Origin: Dehalococcoidia bacterium
GTDB taxonomy: Bacteria; Chloroflexota; Dehalococcoidia; Lucifugimonadales; UBA3495
Direction: 5' to 3'
DNA: 64,000 nt
NCBI GenBank assembly: GCA_030740155.1
Contig: JASLXV010000054.1
Location: 55,645-119,644 of the forward strand
In this document: in pieces, positions 21,211 through 31,730 of the stretch
How positions within the stretch are numbered: position 1 is the stretch's first letter
How the letters are laid out: each line of letters begins with the position of its first letter
The notes under the pieces: model-generated
What the model was told of the DNA's origin: nothing
The model's database searches: none
Seen by the model: the letters and a program-made list of their open reading frames with translations, nothing else
Made by a program: the position numbers and the translations under genes

Positions 21211-23256
21211 TTACTCCTGCTCGCGGGCCCGCTTTATCTCTTCAATGACACGTTGCTCGATGTTGGGAGGCACGGGATCGTAGTGGTCGAATTCCAGCTT
21301 GTACACCCCTCTGCCTTGGGTCAGCGACCGTAGGTCCTGGGCGTAACGCTGGGTTTCCGCTCGCGGGACTTCCGCCTCGATAACCGTGACGCTCTCGTGG
21401 GGAGTCATCCCCAAAATGCGGCCCCGCTTCCCATTCAAGTCGCTCATGACCTCGCCGGTGTAGGCATCGGGCACGGTGACCGTGAGCTTCATGACCGGCT
21501 CAAGCAGGATGGGACTGGCTTGGGAAATCCCTTTGCGCAGAGCCTGATTGCCGGCGATTTCAAAGGACATTCCGGACGAGTCGACATCATGGTAGCTCCC
21601 GTCGTAGATGACGGCTTTCAGGTCAACGATAGGGAACCCGGCCAGAACGCCTTGCTCCAACGCCTTGGTAACCCCTTTTTCGACAGATGGTATGTACTCC
21701 TTGGGCACCCTGCCGCCCGTGACCTCATTCGCGAACTCGAATCCCTGAGTCCGCTCCAGCGGCTCCAGCCTGAGCAGCACGTGACCGTACTGGCCATGGC
21801 CACCGGTCTGCTTCTTGTGGCGGTACTCGGTCTGGGTCACCTGGGTTATGGTCTCTTTGTAGGCAACCCGGGGCAGCCTCACCCGCAAATCAGCGCCGAA
21901 CTTGCGGCGAATCTTATCCATCGCCACATCGACCTGGGCTTCACCCAGTCCCGTGAGCAAGCTCTCGTTGGTATCGGAATCCCGGGAATGGCGCAGGCTC
22001 GGGTCCTCCTCCGCGATCCGGCTCAGCGACGTCGACATCTTGTCCAGGTCGGCTTTGGTGGCCGGCGTAACGGCCACGCAGTGAAAACCCTCCGGAAACT
22101 TGATCCTCTCGAAGGTCACCAGTTGGTCCCGCGCGCACAGGGTATCCCCCGTGACGGTCGACGCCAGCTTGCCGATAGCGCCAATATCGCCGGCGCCCAC
22201 CTCGGACACATTATCCTGAGACTTGCCCCGCGGCAAATAGAGCTGCCCAATCCGCTCCGACTGCTCCCGGGCGCTGTTCCACACCTCCGAGTTGCTCTTC
22301 ATGGTGCCCCGGAAGACGCGAAACACGGACAGTTTTCCCACGAAGGGGTCCGCGGTTGTCTTGAACACGAACGCCGCCAACGGCCCGTCGGGGTCGGTCT
22401 CACATTCGACCGGCTCTTTGCTGGGTAACCCGGCCATGCCGGGTTTGACCCCATCGGCGGGAGAGGGAAGGAACGTCAGAACCATCTCCACGAACTCCTC
22501 CACTCCCATGTTCTTGATGGCGGAGCAAGCGAGAATGGGCACCATTTCACCTTTCTGGATGGCGGAGCGCGCCCCGGTTTCGATCTCCTCCTGGGTCAAC
22601 TCTTCGCCCTCGAGGTATTTATCGGCAAGGGCGTCATCGCTCTCAGCCGCGGCCTCAATCAACCGCTCCCGGGCGGCCTCCAGCTCCTCGGCCATCTCCG
22701 AGGGAACGTCGGCCGGGGGATTGATGACACTGATCATCCCCTGGAAGTCCTGGGCTTCTCCGATAGGTAAATTAAAGGGGACGCATTTATTGCCGAAGGT
22801 CCCTTGGATATCGGTAACACAACGGGAGAAGCTGGCGTTTTCCCGGTCCATCTTGTTCACCAGGAACATTTTAGGCAGCCCATTGGCCTCGGCCATGCTC
22901 CAGGCGCGCTCGGTGCCCACATCGACACCGGATTGAGCAGCTACCAAGATGACGGCGCTCTCCACCACGCGTAAGGCGGCGGTCACTTCTCCCAGGAAAT
23001 CGTCGTAGCCGGGGGTGTCGAGGAAATTTACTTTTTGGCCATCCCAGGCACAGGAAATCAGGGTGGTTTGGACGCTGCTGCCGCGTTTCACTTCCTCCGG
23101 CTCGTAGTCGGAGACGGTGTTTCCGTCCTCCACGCGGCCCACACGGGTAGTTGCGTTTACGTTGAACAGAAGGGTTTCGCTCAGCGAGGTTTTGCCGGCC
23201 CCGCTGTGGGAAACTAAAGCTACGTTTCGAAGGTTCCGGACATCGACTGTGGGCAT
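21211..23256 (-). CDS. fusA: Elongation factor G paralog (EF-G2-like)
   Basis: SHSGAGKTS, DTPGY, NKMD, EEDP, KKQTGGHGQYG, DGSYHDVDSS; switch I RGSSV instead of RGITI; not in the str operon. Confidence 0.9.
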   Translation of the reverse strand: MPTVDVRNLRNVALVSHSGAGKTSLSETLLFNVNATTRVGRVEDGNTVSDYEPEEVKRGSSVQTTLISCAWDGQKVNFLDTPGYDDFLGEVTAALRVVESAVILVAAQSGVDVGTERAWSMAEANGLPKMFLVNKMDRENASFSRCVTDIQGTFGNKCVPFNLPIGEAQDFQGMISVINPPADVPSEMAEELEAARERLIEAAAESDDALADKYLEGEELTQEEIETGARSAIQKGEMVPILACSAIKNMGVEEFVEMVLTFLPSPADGVKPGMAGLPSKEPVECETDPDGPLAAFVFKTTADPFVGKLSVFRVFRGTMKSNSEVWNSAREQSERIGQLYLPRGKSQDNVSEVGAGDIGAIGKLASTVTGDTLCARDQLVTFERIKFPEGFHCVAVTPATKADLDKMSTSLSRIAEEDPSLRHSRDSDTNESLLTGLGEAQVDVAMDKIRRKFGADLRVRLPRVAYKETITQVTQTEYRHKKQTGGHGQYGHVLLRLEPLERTQGFEFANEVTGGRVPKEYIPSVEKGVTKALEQGVLAGFPIVDLKAVIYDGSYHDVDSSGMSFEIAGNQALRKGISQASPILLEPVMKLTVTVPDAYTGEVMSDLNGKRGRILGMTPHESVTVIEAEVPRAETQRYAQDLRSLTQGRGVYKLEFDHYDPVPPNIEQRVIEEIKRAREQE

Positions 23257-23673
23257 CGAGACTCCCCCTTATCCCAGCGGGATGAAGTTAACCCCGCAAG
23301 CTCAATCCAGGACCGAAGCCGATCGGGAGCACGAAACCGCCAGTTGCTTCCCATCGCTACCGCGGCCACAGCTTAATCTTATCGGCTCCGGAGCTTCCGG
23401 GCAACACCTGGCCTAAATTCCGGGTCCCGCCCAAAATGAGCCGGCCCCGGATAATCCGTTTCGAGTTCATTTCAGCAACCAATCCAATGGCTTCGGCCGC
23501 CGCGGAGCAATGCACTTCCGGTGACATTCCCACTCTCACCCTCCTCTGAACCGGGGGGGGGCAATGCCTCTCACGCCGTTTCCCTCCGGCTCTTTACCAG
23601 GCTATTATTGGGGGGTGTGGCCGCCGGCCCCCTCGGGCTCCGATGGGTTTCTTGCCCGGAGCGTCCGGCGATA

Positions 23674-23701
23674 TTGACAGTATCTGGCACCTGGCTATAA
23701 T
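23674..23701 (+). promoter_or_regulatory. Near-consensus sigma70 promoter for the RidA/AsnC pair
   Basis: TTGACA, 16 bp, TATAAT. Confidence 0.7.
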
Positions 23702-23787
23702 GAACAGGCGCTCGGAACGGAGTTCGCGTCAGCGGCGCGGTTCCAGACACCGGGCCTCACCCAAACGTCTCTACAGGAGGTGCCGAT

Positions 23788-24174
23788 ATGCCGGTCAAAG
23801 AGATCATCACCTGCCCTCAGATTGCCTCGGGGCAAGCGCCCCTATCCCAGGCCACCCGGTTCGGGAACCTGGTCTTTGTCGCAGGCAACACGGGACGGCA
23901 CCCCACGACCAGTGTGGTGGGCAAGGACATCAAGGAGCAGACCGCCTTTGCTCTGCAACGGATCCAGATGATCCTGGAAACAGCGGGCTCTTCCCTGGAC
24001 AACGTGCTGACCAACACCTGCTACGTCACCAATCGAGAGGACTTGAAGGGTTTCAACGAAGTCTACGCCGGGTATTTCAAGAACGACCGGCCGGCGCGCA
24101 CCACAGTCGTCGTCAATTTCGGATCGCCGGACAACCTCGTGGAAATCACATCTACCGCATTTATCTCCGACTAG
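23788..24174 (+). CDS. RidA/YjgF family protein
   Basis: FNEVYAGYF..RPARTT, LVEI. Confidence 0.9.
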   Translation: MPVKEIITCPQIASGQAPLSQATRFGNLVFVAGNTGRHPTTSVVGKDIKEQTAFALQRIQMILETAGSSLDNVLTNTCYVTNREDLKGFNEVYAGYFKNDRPARTTVVVNFGSPDNLVEITSTAFISD

Positions 24175-24183
24175 GGTGCCACC

Positions 24184-24417
24184 TTGTCAGCTAGGGCGTT
24201 CATCCTGATAGAAACTCAGGTGGGAAAGAGCCAAGAAGTGGCCGCTGCCTTGCGGCGCATGGAAGGGATCAAGTCGGCCGATGTCATCACGGGCACCTAC
24301 GACGTGATCTCCCTCATCGATGCCGCGGATATGAGCGCCGTGGCCGACCTGGTAACCGGCCGGGTGCAGGCGATACACGGGGTCATGCGGACGATCACCT
24401 GCGTGACCGCCGGCTAG
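24184..24417 (+). CDS. Stand-alone Lrp/AsnC ligand-binding domain protein
   Basis: AFILI..., ITGTYDVI, GVMRTITC; no HTH. Confidence 0.85.
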   Translation: MSARAFILIETQVGKSQEVAAALRRMEGIKSADVITGTYDVISLIDAADMSAVADLVTGRVQAIHGVMRTITCVTAG

Positions 24418-24565
24418 ACCTTCTCCGGCCGTGGCCCTTCCCCCAGGAGTCCGTTGCCCGTTGGCCCTCGGGTCATGGCCCGCGGGCTCAGCCGCTGGCC
24501 CGGCGCCCCCGGATACTCCCTCCAACCCCATGAAGCCCGGCACCCGGCGAACCGCTTCAGGCCGC

Positions 24566-24874
24566 TCAGATCTTCTTTAGGACCACGTGGGAGCGGTTGA
24601 GGGTGTGGGGACGAACCTGGCTTGCCCAGTCGCCTTTCTCCGATTCCGCCTTCCAGGCGTCGCTGAAGGGAATCTCCGGTGAGTCGATCTCGTACAGGGC
24701 GGTATACCGGGCCACGCCGTCCACGTCGGCCGATTCCAGCCGGTAGCGGGTGCAGCCGTGGCAACCGGGGGCGTTAAGAATATTGGGAACGTGCTGGGTG
24801 TCGTAGATTCGGTTGAATGCCTCTTCGTGCTCGGCGGGTATGTCCATCTGCACCACGTACAAATAGTCTGCCAT
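24566..24874 (-). CDS. EthD/DUF4286-like dimeric alpha-beta barrel protein
   Basis: EEAFNRIYDTQHVPNIL..PG; Y.ALYEIDSP; paralog of 38315-38974. Confidence 0.65.
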   Translation of the reverse strand: MADYLYVVQMDIPAEHEEAFNRIYDTQHVPNILNAPGCHGCTRYRLESADVDGVARYTALYEIDSPEIPFSDAWKAESEKGDWASQVRPHTLNRSHVVLKKI

Positions 24875-25253
24875 AGTTACGACGCCTCCCTCAGGTTAAT
24901 CACCCCTCGAACCGCTCTATTGAATCGCCCGCACGGGCTGCCACCGGCGCCAAATTCCTGAGCCGGGAGGGCGTTCGGCGTCCCGAGTCCGCCGGCAGGC
25001 AACCGAGGAACGACTCTTTCAGAGCGATGGCCACGGGGGTTTTTCCACAGGGATTATAGGCGCGGGCCGCAACCGGTACAAGTTCGTCCGGAAAAGACGG
25101 CGAGCAATAATGCCGCGCCCTCGACGGCCACACCAATTACCCGGAGGTGAAGATCGTGGCCCGGTCCCGCCGGAGCTCTGATTTTCAGGTGAGGCAGAGC
25201 CCCACGGGCCCGTATCGCCCCGGGGGTCCCGTGGTAGTTCCTCGACCGGGCTG

Positions 25254-25802
25254 CTAATACGTCAGCGCCGAGGTGACGCCCTCGGGCAGGTCCACCTCCA
25301 GGGCTTGCAGGCAGTTGGCCAGAGCCTGGTAGTAGCCGGCCACAACCAGCAACTCGATGATTCCCGCGTCTCCAATCCGGGACCGGAGGGCTTCGAAGGT
25401 CACGTCGGAAACCCGATGCTGGCGGAGCAGCTCCAGGAAGAACTGGACTACCACGGCGTCGTCGGGCGCCAGCCCCACCGGCGCTCGAAACTCGCGGATC
25501 GCGCTGATTATGTCATCCGATAGCCCCGCGGCCCGGGCCGGCGCCTGGTTGACCGTCCAGACGTAGTGCCCGTTGACTTCCCGCGCGGCGGTGAGGACTC
25601 CCAGGGCCTTCACCCTGGGGTCCAGCTTGCACTCGTAGCGGGCGTAGCTGCCCAGCCTCCCGAATCGGCCCGCCACCTCCGGGTTGTTGAAGAGTGCGGC
25701 GTAGTTCGGGACCGGGTCCCCGCGCTTGTTCCAAAACTCGTCCCAGAGCTTCTGGTCTTCCGGACTCAGGTCTTCCCGTTTTGTGAGAGGCACTCTGGCC
25801 AT
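25254..25802 (-). CDS. Carboxymuconolactone decarboxylase/AhpD-like protein
   Basis: LGVLTAARE...YVW, AGLS, VSDVTF, IELLVVAGYY. Confidence 0.8.
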   Translation of the reverse strand: MARVPLTKREDLSPEDQKLWDEFWNKRGDPVPNYAALFNNPEVAGRFGRLGSYARYECKLDPRVKALGVLTAAREVNGHYVWTVNQAPARAAGLSDDIISAIREFRAPVGLAPDDAVVVQFFLELLRQHRVSDVTFEALRSRIGDAGIIELLVVAGYYQALANCLQALEVDLPEGVTSALTY

Positions 25803-25885
25803 GGCGCTCTACCTCCAACTACAAATGAAACCGGAGCATACCCAAGCCGGCTCCAAAACGTGGGGCCAGCCCGGCAAGAATTGTC

Positions 25886-28141
25886 TCACTTCGCCAGCAG
25901 GGCGTCCAGGACCGCACCGGGAGACATGGGTAGATTCCGCAGCCGGTGGCCGGTGGCCCGGGCGATGGCGTTGGCGATGGCCGCCATCGGTGGAATGATG
26001 GGCGCTTCGCCCACGCCGCGCACGCCGAATGGGTGCCCCGGATTGGCTACCTCCACGATAATCGTGTTGATCAGGGGTAGGTCCAGCGCGATGGGCATCC
26101 GGTAATCCAGGAAACTGGCGTTGAGCATCCGGCCTTCTCCATCGAAGAAATACTCTTCGTTCAACGCCCAGCCGATGCCCTGCGCCACACCACCCTGTAT
26201 CTGCCCTTCCACGTAAGCGGGATGGATAGCCTTGCCGGCGTCCTGCACCGCGGTGTAGTTCAGGATGGCCACCTTCCCAGTATCCGGGTCCACCTCCACG
26301 TCCACGATGTGGGTGGTAAACGCCCCACCGACTCCCTTGGGGTTGACGCTGACCTGGCTGGATATGGGACCGCCGGTGTCGTTCAGCCTCTCCGCCAGCT
26401 CCTTGAAGGTCAATCTGAGGTCTGGGTCCGACTTGTGCCGGAACACGCCGCCGGTCAGGGCGACGTCCTCAAGGGGCACGTCCCAGATTTTCGAGGCCCG
26501 CTGCACCATCTTGGCGCTAATGTCCTGGGCGCATTCGTAGGCGGCCCATCCGGTGGCGAAGGTGGTGCGGCTGCCGCCGGTCAGGAAGGTGTAGCCCACC
26601 GACTCGGTGTCCCCCACGCTTGGGTGGACGTCCTCGGCGGGGATGCCCAGCACCTCGGCGGCCTGCATGGCGATGGACACCCGGGTGCCGCCGATGTCGG
26701 TGGAGCCTTCGACCAGGCTGACGGTGCCGTCGGCGTTGACCGCAATGGAGCAGCTTGACTGGAAACCAATGTTGAACCAGAAGCCCGACGCCACTCCCCG
26801 GCCGCGCCAGGGCCCTTCGAGGGGAGAGAGGTAATGCTCACTGGCCTTGGCGGCCTCCAGGCATTCCACGTTGCCGATGCGGCGGAACCTCGGTCCATCG
26901 ACGCGGCGGGTGCCTTCCTTGGAGGCGTTCAGCAGGCGGAACTCGACAGGGTCCATGCCCACCTTTTCGGCGAGTTCGTCGACCACCGTTTCGACCGCAA
27001 AGGCGGCGTTGGGAGCGGCTGGTGCGCGGTAGGCCGCCGTCTTGGGCTTGTTGACCACCACGTCGTAGCCATCCACCCGCGCGTTCTCCAGGTCGTAGGG
27101 GGCGAACATGCACTGGCCCCCCGCGTCGACCATCGCGCCGGGAAAGCTGCCGGCCTCATAGACCAGGTAAGCATCGCCGGCGGTGAGCTTCCCCGCCTTG
27201 GTGACCCCCATCTTCACCTTGATGTAGGTCCCGGAGGTGGGGCCGGTGCCCTCGAAGACATCGGACCGCGACATGACAATCTTGACCGGTTTTCCGGTCT
27301 TGGCGGAAAGCAAAGCGGCCAGCGGCTCGAGGTAGATGTTGATCTTGCCACCAAAGCCGCCGCCGATCTCCATGGGCACCATCTTTATCCTGGACACCGG
27401 CACATCCAACACCTTGGCGAGGTCTTCACGAGCGGTGAAAGCCCCCTGGGTGCTGCACCAGACCGTTAGCCGGCCGTCGGCGTTCCAGAGGGCCGAGGCG
27501 TTCTGCGGCTCGATGTAGCCCTGGTGGACCGTGGCGGTGGTGTACTCGTGCTCCACGGTGATATCGGCCTCGCCGAACCCCTTATCCACATCGCCTTTTT
27601 CGTACCTCAGGTGGGATGCCACGTTGCTCAGCTTGCCGGTTTGCTCGCCCAGTTCCCTGGTGGTCAGATCGTCATGGAGAAAGGTGGAGCCCTCTTTCAT
27701 CGCCTCCCGGACGTTGGTCACCGGCGGCAGCACCTCGTACACTACGTCGATCAGACCCAAGGCTGTATCGGCAATATGCGGGCTGGTTGCTGCCACGGCG
27801 GCCACGGCGTGGCCCTTGTACAGGACCTTCCCCCTGGCCAGGAGGTTGTCACTAGCGAAGCGTAGGTCCTGGTCTGGGTTCTCCATCCGGGCCACCGGCA
27901 TGTCCTGGCCGGTGATCGCGGCCTTCACGCCAGGGAGCGCCAGGGCTCTACTTACATCGATGGACCTGATCCGCGCGTGGGCGTGGGGGCTGCGCAAGAC
28001 TTTTCCGTGAAGCATCCCGGACGCCTGAAAATCCCCGCCGTATTTGGCCCGGCCGGTCACTTTATCGGTACCGTCATGGCGGATCGGGCGAGTGCCCACC
28101 ACCTTATATTCCGTATTGGAAAGAACGATATTGGACGCCAT
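25886..28141 (-). CDS. Xanthine dehydrogenase-family molybdopterin-binding subunit
   Basis: RSPHAHA, GGGFGGK, AYRAP, GGSR, EGQIQGG, RGVGE; ATG at 28141 after GAGGTG. Confidence 0.93.
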   Translation of the reverse strand: MASNIVLSNTEYKVVGTRPIRHDGTDKVTGRAKYGGDFQASGMLHGKVLRSPHAHARIRSIDVSRALALPGVKAAITGQDMPVARMENPDQDLRFASDNLLARGKVLYKGHAVAAVAATSPHIADTALGLIDVVYEVLPPVTNVREAMKEGSTFLHDDLTTRELGEQTGKLSNVASHLRYEKGDVDKGFGEADITVEHEYTTATVHQGYIEPQNASALWNADGRLTVWCSTQGAFTAREDLAKVLDVPVSRIKMVPMEIGGGFGGKINIYLEPLAALLSAKTGKPVKIVMSRSDVFEGTGPTSGTYIKVKMGVTKAGKLTAGDAYLVYEAGSFPGAMVDAGGQCMFAPYDLENARVDGYDVVVNKPKTAAYRAPAAPNAAFAVETVVDELAEKVGMDPVEFRLLNASKEGTRRVDGPRFRRIGNVECLEAAKASEHYLSPLEGPWRGRGVASGFWFNIGFQSSCSIAVNADGTVSLVEGSTDIGGTRVSIAMQAAEVLGIPAEDVHPSVGDTESVGYTFLTGGSRTTFATGWAAYECAQDISAKMVQRASKIWDVPLEDVALTGGVFRHKSDPDLRLTFKELAERLNDTGGPISSQVSVNPKGVGGAFTTHIVDVEVDPDTGKVAILNYTAVQDAGKAIHPAYVEGQIQGGVAQGIGWALNEEYFFDGEGRMLNASFLDYRMPIALDLPLINTIIVEVANPGHPFGVRGVGEAPIIPPMAAIANAIARATGHRLRNLPMSPGAVLDALLAK

Positions 28142-28426
28142 ATCACACACCTCACCGGCGCTGTTGTCGAAGCTAGAAACCCTCCGGAGTTTATCATACC
28201 GCCCTCCGGTTCGAGGCCCCTTCCGGTTCGGCGGATGGGACCGGTGCACGGGCGGACCATTCCCGTGTATACTGGGCCGGGCGGCCGCCCTGGGTTTGTG
28301 CTCAGAGACCTGGTTTCGCCACGGCATCACTCGGCATCATTCGGAAGGCGGACGCCATAACACAATGGCATCGAACCCGCGGTCCGCTCCCCTCGGCCGG
28401 CGGACCACCCTGGAGGATCGTCCCTG

Positions 28427-29668
28427 ATGGAAGGAAACATGGAGCCCCTGCGCGACATTCGTGTGCTGGCCGTCACGGTGTATTTGGCCGGGCCTTTTTG
28501 CGCCATGAATCTCGCCCGGATGGGCGCCGAGGTCATAACCGTCGAGATGCCGGGCCGGGGGAACCCGGTGCGAGGAATCGGCAACTACGCCGGGCCCGCG
28601 GGAAACCACCCAGTGAGCCAGGGCGACCAGGACCTTTCCACCATGTACCTGAAGCGGGCCCAGGGGGTCAAGAGCGTCACGCTGAACCTGAAGGACCCCA
28701 AGGGCCGTGACATGCTCTTGAAGCTGGCCGAATCCTGCGACATCTTCTTGGAAAACCTGGCCCCCGGGTCCATGAAGGCCATGGGTCTGGGTTACCCCGA
28801 GGTGTCCCAGGCCAATCCGGGGATAGTCTACTGCTCCATCTCCGGCTACGGGCAGGACGGTCCCTACGCCAACAAGCGGGCCCACGACCCCCAGATCCAG
28901 GGGATGAGCGGCCTCATGGACATCAACGGCGAGGAGGACGGGTCTCCCATCAGGGTCGGGTTCCTCATCGGCGACCTCGTCACACCCCTGTTCGCCTGTT
29001 ACTCCATTCTGGCGGCCCTGCGGGAAAAGGATCGGACCGGCCGGGGGCAACACCTGGACGTTTCCATGATGGACACGCTGGTATCCCTCATGTTCATGGA
29101 GAACCTTGAGGAAAACATCGAGGAAGGGCGGCCCCTGCGGACCGGCAACTTTACCCGTAGCGGGCCCACCGGCCTGTACCGGGCCAGCGACGGCGACCTT
29201 GTCCTGACCGCCAGCGGCGACGACCAGTGGGTGCGGCTGGCCAAAGCCCTCGACGCCCCGGAGCTGACCGAGGACCCGCGCTTCGCCACCAACTACGCCC
29301 GCACCACCCACATAGAGGAGGTCCGGGAAGCGGTCCAACGGTTGATCGGCGGCATGAGCCTCGCGCAGGCCCTGGAGCGGTTGGAGGCCGGTGATGTCCC
29401 CTGCGGGCCGGTTCGATCCGCGGCAGAAGTCCTCGCCGACCCCCATTTCTGGGAGCGGGGCACCCTCCAACCCATGCGCCACGCCGCCCTCGAAGAGCCG
29501 GTGCAGGGAGGCGTGGGGGCGGGGTTCCCGGTGCTGTTCTCCGGGAAGCCGCTGCCGCAGTTGGCCGGCGCGCCGGCCCTCGGCATGCATAACGACGAAA
29601 TCTACGGCCGCCTCCTGGGACTGGGAAAAGAGGAACTGGAACGCCTGATGGAAGAGGGCGTACTGTGA
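28427..29668 (+). CDS. Family III CoA-transferase (CaiB/BaiF)
   Basis: LAGPF, GAEVI.VE, ENLAPG, SISGYGQDGP; catalytic Asp in IGDLV. Confidence 0.92.
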   Translation: MEGNMEPLRDIRVLAVTVYLAGPFCAMNLARMGAEVITVEMPGRGNPVRGIGNYAGPAGNHPVSQGDQDLSTMYLKRAQGVKSVTLNLKDPKGRDMLLKLAESCDIFLENLAPGSMKAMGLGYPEVSQANPGIVYCSISGYGQDGPYANKRAHDPQIQGMSGLMDINGEEDGSPIRVGFLIGDLVTPLFACYSILAALREKDRTGRGQHLDVSMMDTLVSLMFMENLEENIEEGRPLRTGNFTRSGPTGLYRASDGDLVLTASGDDQWVRLAKALDAPELTEDPRFATNYARTTHIEEVREAVQRLIGGMSLAQALERLEAGDVPCGPVRSAAEVLADPHFWERGTLQPMRHAALEEPVQGGVGAGFPVLFSGKPLPQLAGAPALGMHNDEIYGRLLGLGKEELERLMEEGVL

Positions 29669-29675
29669 AGCCCAG

Positions 29676-29738
29676 GTCAGCGGTAAGCCTTCAGCGGCCA
29701 GGCCAAGCGGGGGCTAAAAGCTGAGGGCTGAACGCTAA
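29676..29738. repeat. Inverted array of 7-bp TCAGCNN/NNGCTGA units
   Basis: GTCAGCGGTAAGCCTTCAGCGG ... GCTAAAAGCTGAGGGCTGAACGCTA; related to 35961-36000 and 55225-55763. Confidence 0.55.
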
Positions 29739-29789
29739 TAACTCCTGAATGGAGTGTGGGACAAGATTCTCTCGGCGGGGGTAAGTGAA

Positions 29790-30692
29790 ATGACTTTCAA
29801 GGCCAAACCATTACGATCGGAGCTGTTCGTTCCCGGCAACAAGGAAGACTGGATGCGCAAGGCGCCCCGGTACGGGGCCGACGCCTTGATCCTGGACCTT
29901 GAGGACTCGGTGCCGCCCGTTGAGAAAGCCGGAGCGCGGGTCCTGGTCCGTAAAATGCTGGAGGAGCTGGGCCCCACCGGCCAGACCCTTATCGTCCGCG
30001 TGAACCGGCTGGAGACCGGCCTCACCGGCGATGACCTGGAGGCGATTACCTGCCCCTACCTCTACGCCATCATGCTACCCAAAGTCGAGGGGCCGGCGGA
30101 TGTGGTCGAAGCGGACATCCTGCTGAAACTCTTCGAGCGCCGGGCCGGCATGGAGGTGGGCCAGGTACTGATCGACCCGGGACTGGAATCGGCCGAGGGA
30201 ATGAGGCTGGCTTACGAAGTCGCGACCTCTTCAGCCCGGGTGGCTCACATGGGCGCCGCCGGCGGCAAGGGCGGCGATCCGGCCCGGTCCATCGGCTTCC
30301 AATGGACCCCCGAGGGCATGGAAACCCTCTTCTTCCGCTCCAAGGTGTTGCTTGATTCCAGGGCCGCGGGGATTCCCTACCCCGTCACCGGCGGCTGGAT
30401 GGACCTCCATAACCTGGACGGCCTCAGAGAGGCCGCCGAGCAGGCCCGGAGGCTGGGATATACAGGGATGCACCTGATTCACCCATCCCACGTGCCGGTG
30501 GTCAATAAAGTGTTCACCCCCAATCAGGACGAGATCGCCCAATGGCAGGGGGTGATCGCGGCCATGGAGGAAGGGCGAAAACGGGGAGACGCCGCCGTGC
30601 CTTTCCAGGGAGACATGATCGACATAGCCCACGAGGAGACCGCCAAGATCATGCTGGCGAGGGCCCGGGAGTTGGGCGTCCTCAACTCCTGA
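29790..30692 (+). CDS. CitE/HpcH-family CoA-ester lyase
   Basis: RSELFVPG, LDLEDSV, VRVN, LPKVE, IHPSH. Confidence 0.9.
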   Translation: MTFKAKPLRSELFVPGNKEDWMRKAPRYGADALILDLEDSVPPVEKAGARVLVRKMLEELGPTGQTLIVRVNRLETGLTGDDLEAITCPYLYAIMLPKVEGPADVVEADILLKLFERRAGMEVGQVLIDPGLESAEGMRLAYEVATSSARVAHMGAAGGKGGDPARSIGFQWTPEGMETLFFRSKVLLDSRAAGIPYPVTGGWMDLHNLDGLREAAEQARRLGYTGMHLIHPSHVPVVNKVFTPNQDEIAQWQGVIAAMEEGRKRGDAAVPFQGDMIDIAHEETAKIMLARARELGVLNS

Positions 30693-30771
30693 GGAGGCCA
30701 GCCAGCTACCGGCCAAGACACGACTCAGATGACCTCACATGGGCGAACCTTACGACGAGCAAGCAACCCTC

Positions 30772-30808
30772 AAGTCCCCCTTTGGTAAAGGGGGATTAGG
30801 GGGATTTC
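30772..30808. repeat. Solo copy of the DUF559 element-1 terminal repeat
   Basis: AAGTCCCCCTTTGGTAAAGGGGGATTAGGGGGATTTC closely matches 53321-53359. Confidence 0.8.
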
Positions 30809-30889
30809 ACGTGAACCCCGCCACCCATAAATGCCCCCGATCAAGGTCAGACATCAATGAAACGATCAGCCAGTTAGTAGTGAGAAGCG

Positions 30890-31627
30890 ATGTCAAAGGG
30901 ATTTGACCGGTTCGTTCCCCTTCAAGGTTGCGTCAACTTCAGGGACCTTGGCGGCTACCCCACCCGGAACGGACGGACCGTCAAATGGCGCAGATTATTC
31001 CGCAGCGACGGTATTCACCATATGACCCCGGAAGACGCCCGGTACGTTCAGCAAACCCTCGGCGTGGCCACCATTGTCGATCTGCGCAACACCGATGAAG
31101 CTCAAAGAGACGGACGGGGGCCCATGGCCGAAGCCCCGGTTGAGTTCTATAGCGTGCCTTTCCTCAAAGAGAGAGGGAATGATCCACCCAATCCTTCCGA
31201 GGACCCGGTGGTCCGGCTGGGCGGCATCTACCAGTGGATATTCCAAAACGCGGGCGGCCTGATAGCCGAGACGCTGATTAAGCTGGCCGCGGACGGGAGC
31301 CTGCCGGCCGTGTTCCATTGCACCGCCGGGAAGGACCGGACCGGCATTCTCGCCGCCCTGATCCTCGGTATCTTGGGCGTGGACGATGAAGAGATAATGG
31401 GGGATTATCTCCTTACCAACCAGCGGCTGGACCAACTCTTCGAGCGGCTGCGGACTATACCGGGAAGCGAAGACCGCCCGCGGGAGTCGTTCGCGGCGCC
31501 GGCCAAGGTACTGGAGCAATTTCTGAAGGATCTGCGCGGCAACTACGGTGACGCGACGAGCTACGCTCGGGCCCACGGCGTTACCCAGGCTACCATCGCC
31601 GGGTTAAGGGCCTCCCTGCTGGAGTGA
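30890..31627 (+). CDS. Tyrosine-protein phosphatase family (PtpB-like)
   Basis: NFRDLGGY, HCTAGKDRTG P-loop, DYLLTN. Confidence 0.92.
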   Translation: MSKGFDRFVPLQGCVNFRDLGGYPTRNGRTVKWRRLFRSDGIHHMTPEDARYVQQTLGVATIVDLRNTDEAQRDGRGPMAEAPVEFYSVPFLKERGNDPPNPSEDPVVRLGGIYQWIFQNAGGLIAETLIKLAADGSLPAVFHCTAGKDRTGILAALILGILGVDDEEIMGDYLLTNQRLDQLFERLRTIPGSEDRPRESFAAPAKVLEQFLKDLRGNYGDATSYARAHGVTQATIAGLRASLLE

Positions 31628-31730
31628 CGGTGAAGTAGATCCGGCATCACTTCGAATAGCCAATCGTTGACCGTTCTCTGACCCGTGCCACGGAATGATT
31701 TTGAATTCGATTTCCTGCGGGAGGCGCGCC

